64,000 nucleotides of DNA from Bdellovibrionales bacterium (GCA_027317865.1 DAHVQG010000005.1:96001-160000), one strand, 5' to 3'; shown: positions 39,661 to 49,056, counted from the stretch's first letter. A program made the numbers and translations. The notes: generated by a model from the letters alone, not told the origin.

Positions 39661-41607
39661 ATGAAAAAAACCGAGATCAACGTTCTAATTGTTGAGGATG
39701 ACAAAACGCAACTCGAGGCGCTTTCAAAGGGTATTGAGCGTCGCGGTTACCGACCCGTTCCGGTCTCACGGCCGGAAGAAGCGGCGAGTGTTGTAAAAAT
39801 TAAGCCGATACACGTGCTAATTGTTGACGTCATGTTGCCGGGCAAAAACGGCGTCGATCTCGTCCTGGGCCTTAAAGAAAATTTACTCGACGGGGCCGCA
39901 ATTTACTTCACCTCGGGCGTTTATCGCGATCGCGGTTTTATTGCAGATGCGGTTAAAAACTCCGGGGCGATAGAATATTTCATAAAGCCATTTGATATCG
40001 AAAAATTGCTGACGTCGCTTGAAAAGCAATTAGCCGCTTATGTGGATGTTCCAAAGATCGATCTCTATAATTTGCTCGCGACGCCATTTGCATCCGAGCG
40101 CGAACGCCGCCGAGCACTAGATCATGTTGAATCCATCACGGGCTACGATTTGCCGTTTGTATTTTGTATTTTAGCGGATTCAAAAAGTAGCGGTCACCTG
40201 AACATCGTCGATGAAAAGCAAAACATTTCGGGAATCACTTTTTGCCAGGGTAAAATCGTAAAAGTCGATAGCGAAAATACGATTTTGCAAACCAAGAAAC
40301 TTCTTATTCAACATGGTTTTATTACGGAGCGTGAACTGAGCGAATTTAAAGGCCAAGGTAGCGGCCACGATCTTGTTAAGTCGCTCATCAATGAGGGACT
40401 AATGAGCCCCCATGTTCCATCTATTATACAAACCGAAACCATAGTCGCTGAAATTGCCAAGCTTATTATCCCGGAACGAATCAACATTAACTTTGTTCCA
40501 GACCGAAAAATTGAGCCTAGCTCCGATCATCTCGACATGTCGTTTCTTATCCATCAGCTAAATGATTTCATACAAACGATTATACCTGCGGATTGGCTTA
40601 AGAGTTTCTATAAACCATGGTCAGGATTTCCGGTTCAACAAGGGCCGGGATTTAAAGACCTAGCGCAATTTGCCAATCTGTCAACTTTGCAGGCGGCAAA
40701 ACATTTGATTCCCGCCATTAAGGATGACATTACAATTGATGAACTCATTTCAAGCAATATTGCCAATGAAGAAATCGTTTTGAAGGCGCTCCATCTTCTG
40801 ATGTTGCGACGGGTGTTCGTGTTTAAAGAAACGCGCAAGGCAGTCAGTTTCGATGAACACATCGGGCGGATTCGCTCCATGTACGAGGCGCTTCACGATA
40901 AAAATCCATTTGAAATATTTAAATACTTCGGTCTTGGCGAAAAGCCGAAGCCGGCTGACGTGGCGCGAGTTTACAAAGAATTCGCCAAGGCAAACCATCC
41001 CGATATATTGCCGGCAAAGATCGATCCAGAAATTAAAAAACTCAACGATGACTTGTTTTCTAAGGTAACGGCGGCGTACGAAATTTTAAGCAATGAAGAA
41101 AAGCGCCAAGCATTCATGAATTCGCTCAAACAAGCGGAAGCTGAAATGCAGATTAAAAGCGATGAGCTTGTGACGACAGCTGCAGCGGCCTTGAACAAGG
41201 GGCGATACAGCGAGGGGCTACAAGCGCTTTTGAAAGCGGAGAAGCTTTATTCTTCCGAGCGGAGCCGTTTGCATCTTCTATGGGCAAAGCTAAAACTCGA
41301 CGGACAAATGCCAGCGGAGCAGCTGCCCGAAGCCGAAGATGAGTTACGTAAAATGTCGGCCGGCACGCGCAATACGGGGCTTTGGCACTATGTATTTGGT
41401 TTATGTAAGGTGCAACAAGGTGATATCAAGGTCGCGCAAGATTATGTGCGAAAAGCGCTTCAAGAAGACGCCAATTTAATGGATGCGCGCCGTGAACTCG
41501 TTGCGCTCAAAGCACAAGTGCCGAAGAAATTGTCAACCGAAGACATTTTAACTGGTGATATCTCACAAGTAATTAAAGGGTTTTTCGGTGGTAAAAAAGG
41601 CGCGTAA
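39661..41607 (+). CDS. Receiver domain + central domain + J-domain + TPR-like protein
   Basis: REC (VEDD, DVMLP, KPF); J-domain YKEFAKANHPD..F.KVTAAYEILSN..KR; helical C-terminus. Confidence 0.85.
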   Translation: MKKTEINVLIVEDDKTQLEALSKGIERRGYRPVPVSRPEEAASVVKIKPIHVLIVDVMLPGKNGVDLVLGLKENLLDGAAIYFTSGVYRDRGFIADAVKNSGAIEYFIKPFDIEKLLTSLEKQLAAYVDVPKIDLYNLLATPFASERERRRALDHVESITGYDLPFVFCILADSKSSGHLNIVDEKQNISGITFCQGKIVKVDSENTILQTKKLLIQHGFITERELSEFKGQGSGHDLVKSLINEGLMSPHVPSIIQTETIVAEIAKLIIPERININFVPDRKIEPSSDHLDMSFLIHQLNDFIQTIIPADWLKSFYKPWSGFPVQQGPGFKDLAQFANLSTLQAAKHLIPAIKDDITIDELISSNIANEEIVLKALHLLMLRRVFVFKETRKAVSFDEHIGRIRSMYEALHDKNPFEIFKYFGLGEKPKPADVARVYKEFAKANHPDILPAKIDPEIKKLNDDLFSKVTAAYEILSNEEKRQAFMNSLKQAEAEMQIKSDELVTTAAAALNKGRYSEGLQALLKAEKLYSSERSRLHLLWAKLKLDGQMPAEQLPEAEDELRKMSAGTRNTGLWHYVFGLCKVQQGDIKVAQDYVRKALQEDANLMDARRELVALKAQVPKKLSTEDILTGDISQVIKGFFGGKKGA

Positions 41608-41616
41608 AAGATCCGT

Positions 41617-42591
41617 CTACAAATAAGGATCGTTTGCCAGCAAATAATTTTTAACGTAATCGGTGACGCCCGCCTCTAAATCGTATTGTGGCGCGGAAAG
41701 TCTTTGGGCCATAGCCCTTTCCATAACGGCTTCGGTAAAATATTGGTATTGATTGCGGATGTGGCTCGGCATTTCAATCCAGTCGATATTGAGTGGCTGG
41801 TTCATTTGGCGGAATACAGCCGCGGCTAGGCTCAGCCAAGTTCGTGCTTTGCCGTAACCCAAATTGTAGATACCCGAAACAAATTGCGACATGTCGGCAA
41901 TTTCAAGCATCCATCGCGTAATGTCTTTGACGTATACAAAATCGCGCAGTTGCTCACCGTCTTTATACTTTGGATTATGCGAGCGAAAAAGTCGCAACTT
42001 CCCGGAGGCTTTGATTTGCAAAAATGCTTTATAAACCACGCTGGCCATGTCGCCCTTATGGTATTCATTCGGGCCATAAACGTTGAAAAACCTTAGCCCA
42101 GCCCATCTCGGCGGCACATTTTTTTGCGCCAGCGCCCAGAGGTCAAAATCACGCTTTGAGCGACCGTAGAGGTTCAGCGGCGAAAAAGTTTGCGTATTCG
42201 TCGCATCGTTAAACCCCGAAGTGCCATCGCCATAAACCGCGCCGCTACTCGCGTAGATAAAAGGAATCGAATTTTCGTGGCAGTAAATAAAAAGCGTTTT
42301 TGGCATTTCAATGTTGTTTTCGACAAGTTTTTCCCAATCGGTTTCGGTTGTCGACGAAATCGCGCCCAAGTGAAAAATGATTTCCGGCCTTTGATTTTTC
42401 GGCAGAGAAAGTAGCCAATCTAAAAAGGACTTCGGATCAAAAAAATTTTGATACTGAGCTTTACGAAGCGGCTCCGGTCTTTCTTTTAGATCGACCGGAT
42501 CGACACAAACGATATCATTTCGTCCTTTTTCGTTAAGCAGACGAACTAAAGCCGAACCGATAAAACCGTTTGCTCCTGTGACTACAACCAT
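41617..42591 (-). CDS. hldD: ADP-L-glycero-D-manno-heptose 6-epimerase
   Basis: VTGANGFIGS, HLGAISSTTE, YASSGAVYG, PLNLYGRSK, FNVYGPNEYHKG.MAS, YQYFTEA. Confidence 0.95.
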   Translation of the reverse strand: MVVVTGANGFIGSALVRLLNEKGRNDIVCVDPVDLKERPEPLRKAQYQNFFDPKSFLDWLLSLPKNQRPEIIFHLGAISSTTETDWEKLVENNIEMPKTLFIYCHENSIPFIYASSGAVYGDGTSGFNDATNTQTFSPLNLYGRSKRDFDLWALAQKNVPPRWAGLRFFNVYGPNEYHKGDMASVVYKAFLQIKASGKLRLFRSHNPKYKDGEQLRDFVYVKDITRWMLEIADMSQFVSGIYNLGYGKARTWLSLAAAVFRQMNQPLNIDWIEMPSHIRNQYQYFTEAVMERAMAQRLSAPQYDLEAGVTDYVKNYLLANDPYL

Positions 42592-42601
42592 AAAGACATT
42601 T

Positions 42602-44452
42602 TTAGATGCATTCTTTGTGACCGTCAATGATACGCAATATCACTTCCTGAAGCGCATCTTCGCCGAGGGGGTTTTCTCTAGCGGATTGTTTGGGGCCCTG
42701 GCGTTTTATGAGTGAGTCAATCGTGCGTTGCATGTCGGCCACTTTGATCCTATGGCGGCGAAACTTACTGAGGATTTCATCCACAATATAAAGTAATGCA
42801 TCTCCGGTCATTCGGTCTTGCCGGTTCGATTGTTCGGCGTTCTCGCGAAATGACTGGCCGAATTTCTTCAGGTCTCGTGGATTTAAGGTCGCTGTGATTT
42901 TTCGCACAGTCTGAACGTACAGCGATTCGAAGTCCCGTATTTGTTTAAGTAGAGTTTTGGTTGGGCGTTTGTCTTTGCCTCTGGCAGATTTTGCCAACAT
43001 CATCACAAACAATTGTTCGGGAGCAATGTGTGACCATCGCGTATTTCTTTGAATCGTGTCGTCGACAATTTTAGATAAATCGATAAGAGCCCGGCGCATG
43101 TTAAGAATGGCAGGGCGATTTACGCCGTCGGGTACTTTTTTTAATTTGTAACGTGTTTTAGCGGACTCCAAGGTTCGAAAAGATGCATAAAGTTGGTGAG
43201 TCAGGACGGGATGGCGTGTTTGTAAGAATGTCGCGGCGGCGTCACTAAAGCCGACTTGTTTTAAAAAAATCTTGGTTACAGAGATGTCAAATTCACGGTC
43301 AAAAATTCGCGTCGACCAGTGACTTCTAAACTGTTCAAGCGGTCGTTTTTTTCCATACCTTAAAAAGTCGACGGCTTGGGCGAAGGTTTGAATAATAGCC
43401 CTGGCTTTTAATCGCTGTTCGTTCAGCGTTGTGGAGAATCTTTCTACATCGTCATAGCGGTATTGGTCGTGTCTTAGCCCGAACTGTCGGATACTCCCGT
43501 AATCGATAATGCCGCCGTTGGCGAGCACGTTGTCGCCGTCCCAATCAAGCCATGCAAAGATGTATTCGCGATCAAGCTTCGCCGCAAATTGAGCAAAAGT
43601 CTGAGCCAAAGTTTTAAGTGTAAGTCGGTCGCGATCTTCATGTTTGGTATCAAAAGGCAAACGGCGATTGGCATGCTCGCGCGAAATAAAGTAGTCCACG
43701 GATTTTCGTAGCGACTCGTATTGATTTTGTTTCAAATGCATAAATATGTGGGCCGGCCGCATGAGATTCGGAGCCGCGCGCACGCCGATACTGTTGCCGC
43801 CGCCAATATCTATGACCGCCAAAACACGTTCGGTATCAACCCCGTTTTGGTAAAAGATTTCTGATAAAATTGCCGCGCCCAAAAGCTCGTCAATGTCGGC
43901 AAGGCCACAACCGTAACCATATTGAGTAGACCCGGAGCGAATTGGCTTTTGTGCTTCGACAAAGCCTGGCGAAAGGCAAGTGACGCCCGTGCCTCGGCTA
44001 CTGATGTCCCACGTTATGCCATTATGCCGGATTTGGCCGTTCCAAATTGAGCGCCCGTCACCTGATGTTGTTCCGCGTTTGTCCGGATGTTGTAACTGCA
44101 GATATCGCGTTGCCATGTAAGGGTGGGGTTTTAATATGCTAGGTAAATAGCGAACATTTTGTTTTTGGTCGTATTCATTAATAATTCGTAGACAAAATGT
44201 GTCTAATATAGTGCGCTCAAGCTTCTTATTTAATACGCGAGCATGCGTTGCAGTGATAAGGCCCATTTCTTTTGCAAGATCAAAATTAAAATAGACGACC
44301 CGCCCGGCAACAATCTTGCGGACAGGATAAAGCACGTAGGAGTTTGGCATTGCGCTTTGCCATTCGTGCTGACCATTAAGTTCGGCAAATCGCGAATAAG
44401 GTTCGGTCGAAAATTCGCGACTGTGCCATTTTTGTTTAGAGATGCGGCCCAT
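42602..44452 (-). CDS. Divergent SelO/YdiU-like protein adenylyltransferase
   Basis: SGDGR, SRGTG.T, TER.LAVI, RPAH, DGDN..IIDYG in SelO motif order. Confidence 0.7.
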   Translation of the reverse strand: MGRISKQKWHSREFSTEPYSRFAELNGQHEWQSAMPNSYVLYPVRKIVAGRVVYFNFDLAKEMGLITATHARVLNKKLERTILDTFCLRIINEYDQKQNVRYLPSILKPHPYMATRYLQLQHPDKRGTTSGDGRSIWNGQIRHNGITWDISSRGTGVTCLSPGFVEAQKPIRSGSTQYGYGCGLADIDELLGAAILSEIFYQNGVDTERVLAVIDIGGGNSIGVRAAPNLMRPAHIFMHLKQNQYESLRKSVDYFISREHANRRLPFDTKHEDRDRLTLKTLAQTFAQFAAKLDREYIFAWLDWDGDNVLANGGIIDYGSIRQFGLRHDQYRYDDVERFSTTLNEQRLKARAIIQTFAQAVDFLRYGKKRPLEQFRSHWSTRIFDREFDISVTKIFLKQVGFSDAAATFLQTRHPVLTHQLYASFRTLESAKTRYKLKKVPDGVNRPAILNMRRALIDLSKIVDDTIQRNTRWSHIAPEQLFVMMLAKSARGKDKRPTKTLLKQIRDFESLYVQTVRKITATLNPRDLKKFGQSFRENAEQSNRQDRMTGDALLYIVDEILSKFRRHRIKVADMQRTIDSLIKRQGPKQSARENPLGEDALQEVILRIIDGHKECI

Positions 44453-44478
44453 TACAACAGCCAGATCGGCATTTTGGC

Positions 44479-45594
44479 TTATGAGCTAAACTCAATCAGC
44501 GCAATACCACCACCTGGGTTCGAAAAATTTGTAACCTGACCGGAATAAAGTCGAGCGCAAACAAGCTGGATGTCGGATTTATAGACAAAAAACCGCAAAT
44601 CAAATTTCTTGCCCATCCACTCGCCGGGCGGCCGGTATTCTTGAACAATGTAATCTTTGGTCAGAATTTCTTGAAACATTTTTTGACTTATCGAAGACCC
44701 GCGATAAACGGCCTTGGCACCAAACGAAGAGCGTGGCTTAAAAAATAGTTTTTTTCTTTCGGCCCATATTTCATCAGCCGTCTTAAACGAGCCAATGTGT
44801 CGGCAGGGAATTAAAACATTCGAAACGCTTTTTAATGAAAAATCAACAAGCCGCGCTTTATCCGCAAGAAGCAAATACTCGCGAGGATGTGGCGATAGCG
44901 CGATTTGATTTTGACTCCAAGTGGCCCACAATTTAGCTGACGACGGCGACTCCAAATAAAAGTCCGTGAGCCGATTATAAATAAAACCGTTTTTTATTAG
45001 AAGTTCCGGAACAGGCAAGTCGTTAATATCGTAAATGGAACAATCGCGAACCCCCCACGAACGAAACAAATCTTTGTACATTAGAAATTCAAAATACGTC
45101 TTTTGCGCGGTCGGGTTTTCGTCAACGATGGCGATCCATTCAGGTGGAATTATCGTTTTATTGATTTTAGACCACTCGTCAAAGAATGACTTGTGGAGTG
45201 TTTCAAGCGCACGCTTTGCTGCGCGTTCGTCAAGCTCGGCAGTTAAAAGATATTGCGAAGCGTTCGTATTGATTTCAATAAGTGATAACTGTTCAGTCGA
45301 AAAATCGTAGTGAAAATCATAGGACATCAATACCGACGAATCGGTTGCTGGCATATCAAAAACGGCGATGAGACGTGGATCAGTCAATTTTTGGCGGAGC
45401 TCGCGTAGCCAGTCGGGTGAGTGTGCATATTCAAATATTTCTTTAACCGCGACCTGTGCCCGTTCAAAAACAAAACGCGGCAGGCGCACAATGGTTTGCG
45501 CCACCACGTTTTTTAAATGATTTTGAAGATCGTCGACGGCGGTGAGAGATGGATACTTTTGAACAAGGCCGTCAACGAATTTTGTATAGTTCAG
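44479..45594 (-). CDS. Uncharacterised circularly permuted ATP-grasp-like ligase
   Basis: YDFH..LIEINTN, YNRLTDFYL, FFKP..FGAKAVYRG, VQEY, DLRFFVY, ARLY.GQ.TNF; start either CTG 45594 or GTG 45507. Confidence 0.7.
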   Translation of the reverse strand: MNYTKFVDGLVQKYPSLTAVDDLQNHLKNVVAQTIVRLPRFVFERAQVAVKEIFEYAHSPDWLRELRQKLTDPRLIAVFDMPATDSSVLMSYDFHYDFSTEQLSLIEINTNASQYLLTAELDERAAKRALETLHKSFFDEWSKINKTIIPPEWIAIVDENPTAQKTYFEFLMYKDLFRSWGVRDCSIYDINDLPVPELLIKNGFIYNRLTDFYLESPSSAKLWATWSQNQIALSPHPREYLLLADKARLVDFSLKSVSNVLIPCRHIGSFKTADEIWAERKKLFFKPRSSFGAKAVYRGSSISQKMFQEILTKDYIVQEYRPPGEWMGKKFDLRFFVYKSDIQLVCARLYSGQVTNFSNPGGGIALIEFSS

Positions 45595-46119
45595 TTACTT
45601 CACCTGAACGTGTTTTTGCCCTGGTTTCCAGCCTGCGCCGCAGAGTTCGCCGGATTTCAGGCCCTGCAAAACACGCAAAATTTCATTGGCGTCACGGCCG
45701 ACGTCAAGGTTGTGAATTCCCATGTACTGAATGACACCTTCAGGATCAATAATGAACGTTCCGCGAGTTGCTACGCCTTTGTCTTGAAGCAACACGCCGT
45801 AATCGCGCGCCAGTTGTTTTGTTACGTCGCCAATCAATGGATAGCCGAGGTTACCAAGATCGTCTTTTAGCCAACGTTTGTGTGAGTGTACGGAATCGAT
45901 ACTGCAGCCTAGAACTTCTGCGCCCGCTTCTTTAAATGACTTGAGGTGGTCGCGAAATTGCGTGATTTCAGTTGGGCAGACAAAGGTAAAATCAAGCGGA
46001 TAGAAAAATAACACCACATACTTGCCTCGATAACTCGACAGGCTGACGTCTTTAAAATCTCCGCCATCGACAACGGCTTGAGCAGTAAATTGCGGTGCGG
46101 GTTGACCAATCATTGGCAT
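45595..46119 (-). CDS. Typical 2-Cys peroxiredoxin (AhpC/Prx1 family)
   Basis: FYPLDFTFVCPTE, RGTFIIDP, GR...E, LCGAGWKPG; AAGGAG RBS. Confidence 0.96.
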   Translation of the reverse strand: MPMIGQPAPQFTAQAVVDGGDFKDVSLSSYRGKYVVLFFYPLDFTFVCPTEITQFRDHLKSFKEAGAEVLGCSIDSVHSHKRWLKDDLGNLGYPLIGDVTKQLARDYGVLLQDKGVATRGTFIIDPEGVIQYMGIHNLDVGRDANEILRVLQGLKSGELCGAGWKPGQKHVQVK

Positions 46120-46239
46120 ATTATCTCCTTTGTTAATCGGTGATCTTGTCAGGTTTATCTTTATCTGCCACAAGTCTGTGTTGTCAGCAAGAAACGCAAA
46201 CCTTTACCAAATTGAAACTGGGCTGATGACGGAGATGAA

Positions 46240-47007
46240 ATGCGAATTGTCACTTGGAACGTGAACGGGGTACGCGCTGTAGCCAAAAAGGGTCTATTAG
46301 AATTTATCCAAAAAACAGATCCCGACATTTTTTGCGTGCAAGAATCCAAAGCTCACCCCGATCAATGCGAAGAAAAACTTATCAAACCGTTAGGGCGCAC
46401 GAGCTATTGGTCGTCGGCTTATCGCCCGGGTTATTCGGGCACAATAACCTATCTAAAAGCGGCGCCAGTTTCAGTTCAACAAAGTATCGGGATTAAAAAA
46501 TTCGATTGCGAGGGCCGGTTTGTTATTACCGAACAAAACGGATTTTTACTGTACAACGTTTACTTCCCAAACGGCGGGTCCGGCGAAGAGCGTCATCGAT
46601 TCAAGCAGGAGTTTTTAATACGCCTTAAAGAGCATTTACTTAAAAAACTTCATTCCGGGCACGAAATCATATTAGTTGGAGATTACAATATCGCGCCCGA
46701 AAACATTGATGTTTACGATCCGGTTAACCTTGCAAACCAATCTGGTTTTTTACCCGAAGAGCGGCGTTGGTTTGGGGAGTTTCTGGCTGATGGGTTTGTG
46801 GATTTATTTCGCCACTTTCATTCCAACGAAAAATTTCGCTATACGTGGTGGAATTATCTCGACCAAGGTCGTACCGGCAACCGTGGCTGGCGAATCGATC
46901 ACATTTGTGTCAGCCGCGGGTTAATGAGTCGAATGAAAAGTTGCGAAATTTTAGATGACGTCACGGGCTCAGACCATTGTCCGGTGACCTGTGAATTAGA
47001 TGCTTGA
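46240..47007 (+). CDS. xth: Exodeoxyribonuclease III
   Basis: TWNVNG.R, QESK, YFPNG, GDYNIA, GWRIDH, SDHCP. Confidence 0.96.
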   Translation: MRIVTWNVNGVRAVAKKGLLEFIQKTDPDIFCVQESKAHPDQCEEKLIKPLGRTSYWSSAYRPGYSGTITYLKAAPVSVQQSIGIKKFDCEGRFVITEQNGFLLYNVYFPNGGSGEERHRFKQEFLIRLKEHLLKKLHSGHEIILVGDYNIAPENIDVYDPVNLANQSGFLPEERRWFGEFLADGFVDLFRHFHSNEKFRYTWWNYLDQGRTGNRGWRIDHICVSRGLMSRMKSCEILDDVTGSDHCPVTCELDA

Positions 47008-47061
47008 AAAACCATCCAACATTGGCGTTAGACTGCACCTTTAATGTACCATCTAAAAGCC

Positions 47062-47526
47062 ATGAAACGAGTGCGTTTAGTAGTTGTGATCTTTGCATTT
47101 TTTGCGTTTGCTCAAGCTCGCGCGCTTTGCGTGAAAGTTCAAATGGCGACTTTGCGGGCCGGCCCCAGTTTTCGCGATGCTATTACTTGGCGGGCTGGTT
47201 TATACACGCCACTTGTTGAGCTGGCGTCGCAAGGGGGATGGTTTAAAGTAAAAGATATGGATGGAGATATACAGTGGATCCCCATGGGCGATGTGTCGCA
47301 AAACATGGAGTGTCTCTCTGTTCGCGTTCAATCTGCAATTCTCAGAATGGGACCCAGTCGAAAGGCGAAACTTGCAAATATTGTTGAAGTGGACCGCTAT
47401 ACGCCGTTTAAGCAAATCGATGAAAATGGCGATTGGTATAAGGTTGAAGCGAGTTGGGGTTCAACCTATTGGATTAATGATAACGCGGTCTGGCTCCCAC
47501 TTCGCATAATGCGAGTTAGTTTTTAA
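47062..47526 (+). CDS. Exported tandem SH3-domain protein
   Basis: Signal peptide ending ARA; two repeats of LR.GPS...W.KV...G...WI. Confidence 0.82.
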   Translation: MKRVRLVVVIFAFFAFAQARALCVKVQMATLRAGPSFRDAITWRAGLYTPLVELASQGGWFKVKDMDGDIQWIPMGDVSQNMECLSVRVQSAILRMGPSRKAKLANIVEVDRYTPFKQIDENGDWYKVEASWGSTYWINDNAVWLPLRIMRVSF

Positions 47527-47579
47527 GATGTTTTAAGTTTTTTGCTTGCTTTACATCATGCGTTGTGTGTAAATAGTTC

Positions 47580-47596
47580 AGTTCCAAATTGGAACT
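47580..47596. promoter_or_regulatory. Perfect inverted repeat upstream of dksA (candidate operator)
   Basis: AGTTCCAA-A-TTGGAACT. Confidence 0.5.
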
Positions 47597-47641
47597 ATTA
47601 CAAAATTGGTACCTAGCCATCAGCGACAGGGGGGAAGCGAA

Positions 47642-48013
47642 ATGGCGTTATCAAAATCTCTCGTTGAGAAGTGCAAAAGAGCGCTACTTGAAGCTAAGGC
47701 CGACATTCTGAACAGAGTACGCGACGTTCGTGAGGACTTACACTCTTCAGAGGACGGCAAGGCCGGAGATGAAGGCGATCAAACAGTTCGCGCTCTAGCT
47801 GAAAACGAAGCGCTTTCAAACAATGAACGGCTTCGTGGCCAACTCATGGAAATTGAAATGGCCTTATCGCGCATTGAAAACGGCACCTATGGCATTTGCG
47901 AAGAAACCGAGGAGCCAATTGAACCTGAACGATTATTGGCAATCCCGTGGACGCGTCTCAGCATTGAGGGCGCGGAGATTCGCGAATCAGTCATGAAACG
48001 TTACGCGCGCTAG
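47642..48013 (+). CDS. dksA: DksA/TraR family transcription factor (single Cys)
   Basis: Coiled-coil tip DEGD, ALSRIENGTYGICEETEEPI...RL.AIPW. Confidence 0.88.
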   Translation: MALSKSLVEKCKRALLEAKADILNRVRDVREDLHSSEDGKAGDEGDQTVRALAENEALSNNERLRGQLMEIEMALSRIENGTYGICEETEEPIEPERLLAIPWTRLSIEGAEIRESVMKRYAR

Positions 48014-49056
48014 ACTTGGTTTGTAAGAGCCGCCCAGCTGCATAGCTGAAATAGCAGGCGAGCTCCAACATTACCATCCCATTCGTCATCATTTGGGCCT
48101 GGCGCGACTTCGTTTAAATCAAATCCAACTATTTTTCGGCCAGAGCGGCTCACTTTTTCAAGCAGATAAGAGGCTTGATCAAAACTCAAGCCGCCCGGCA
48201 CGGGTGTCCCGGTGTGCGGGCAAAATTCCGGTGAAAGGCCGTCGATGTCAAACGATACGTAGACGAGTTTTGGTAGAGAGCTCACAATTTTTTCGCAAAT
48301 TGATTCCCAAGGTTCACCCGTGAACAGTTGACGTTTCAGCTCTTGATCAAAGAACGTTTGAATTCTTTCGGTTTGTTGTCGAATAAATTCGGCTTCTTCG
48401 CGGCAATAATCGCGGATGCCAACTTGCACCAGTTTTTGCGGTGGTTTTTTCAATTGACAGACATTGCGCATAATCGAAGCGTGCGAGAACTGAAAACCTT
48501 GGTACGCAAGCCGCAAATCGGCGTGCGCATCAATATGTAAAACTCCCACTTTTTCGGCTCCGTGCGTCTCGCATATGGCACGGATCGCTCCCAAGGGCGT
48601 TGAGTGATCGCCGCCAATTACTACGGGCACCTTGTCTTGCTCTAGAATTTCTTTCGTGCGTGTATAAACGGTAGCGACCATTTGAGCGCAACCTGAATTT
48701 ACTGTTTCTAAATTATTGATCGCTTCGCGAGAAGTGATCGCGCCATTATCGTCCCATTCTTGAATCACCTGCTGCGCCAGCGGTTTGAGGCGCTCACTCT
48801 GTTCATAAAGCGCTTTCGAGTCAAAGTGGTTATCCCAAAAAAAACCAGCGGTAAAAGCGTCGGCGGCATCATTGCTAAAGCGCGGGTCATAAAGATCAAC
48901 TTGTGGACTTGCGCTATAAATAGCTTCTGGCCCGCGACTTGTGCCACTGCCATACGATGTTGTAACCTCCCATGGCACGGGCATCAGGATAATAAGTGAA
49001 GAATCATAATCGGCACAAAGGCCAAATATTCCGTCGGATTTTCTTTGCTTCGTCAT
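48010..49056 (-). CDS. speB: Agmatinase (ureohydrolase family)
   Basis: GGDHS, HIDAHADLR, SHAS, SFDIDGL, TGTPVPGG; nearby speA supports agmatine as substrate. Confidence 0.88.
   Translation of the reverse strand: MTKQRKSDGIFGLCADYDSSLIILMPVPWEVTTSYGSGTSRGPEAIYSASPQVDLYDPRFSNDAADAFTAGFFWDNHFDSKALYEQSERLKPLAQQVIQEWDDNGAITSREAINNLETVNSGCAQMVATVYTRTKEILEQDKVPVVIGGDHSTPLGAIRAICETHGAEKVGVLHIDAHADLRLAYQGFQFSHASIMRNVCQLKKPPQKLVQVGIRDYCREEAEFIRQQTERIQTFFDQELKRQLFTGEPWESICEKIVSSLPKLVYVSFDIDGLSPEFCPHTGTPVPGGLSFDQASYLLEKVSRSGRKIVGFDLNEVAPGPNDDEWDGNVGARLLFQLCSWAALTNQV

Noticed and set aside
47022-47037. sigma54 site before the SH3 gene
   Set aside because: GG-to-GC spacing is 9 nt, not the required 10
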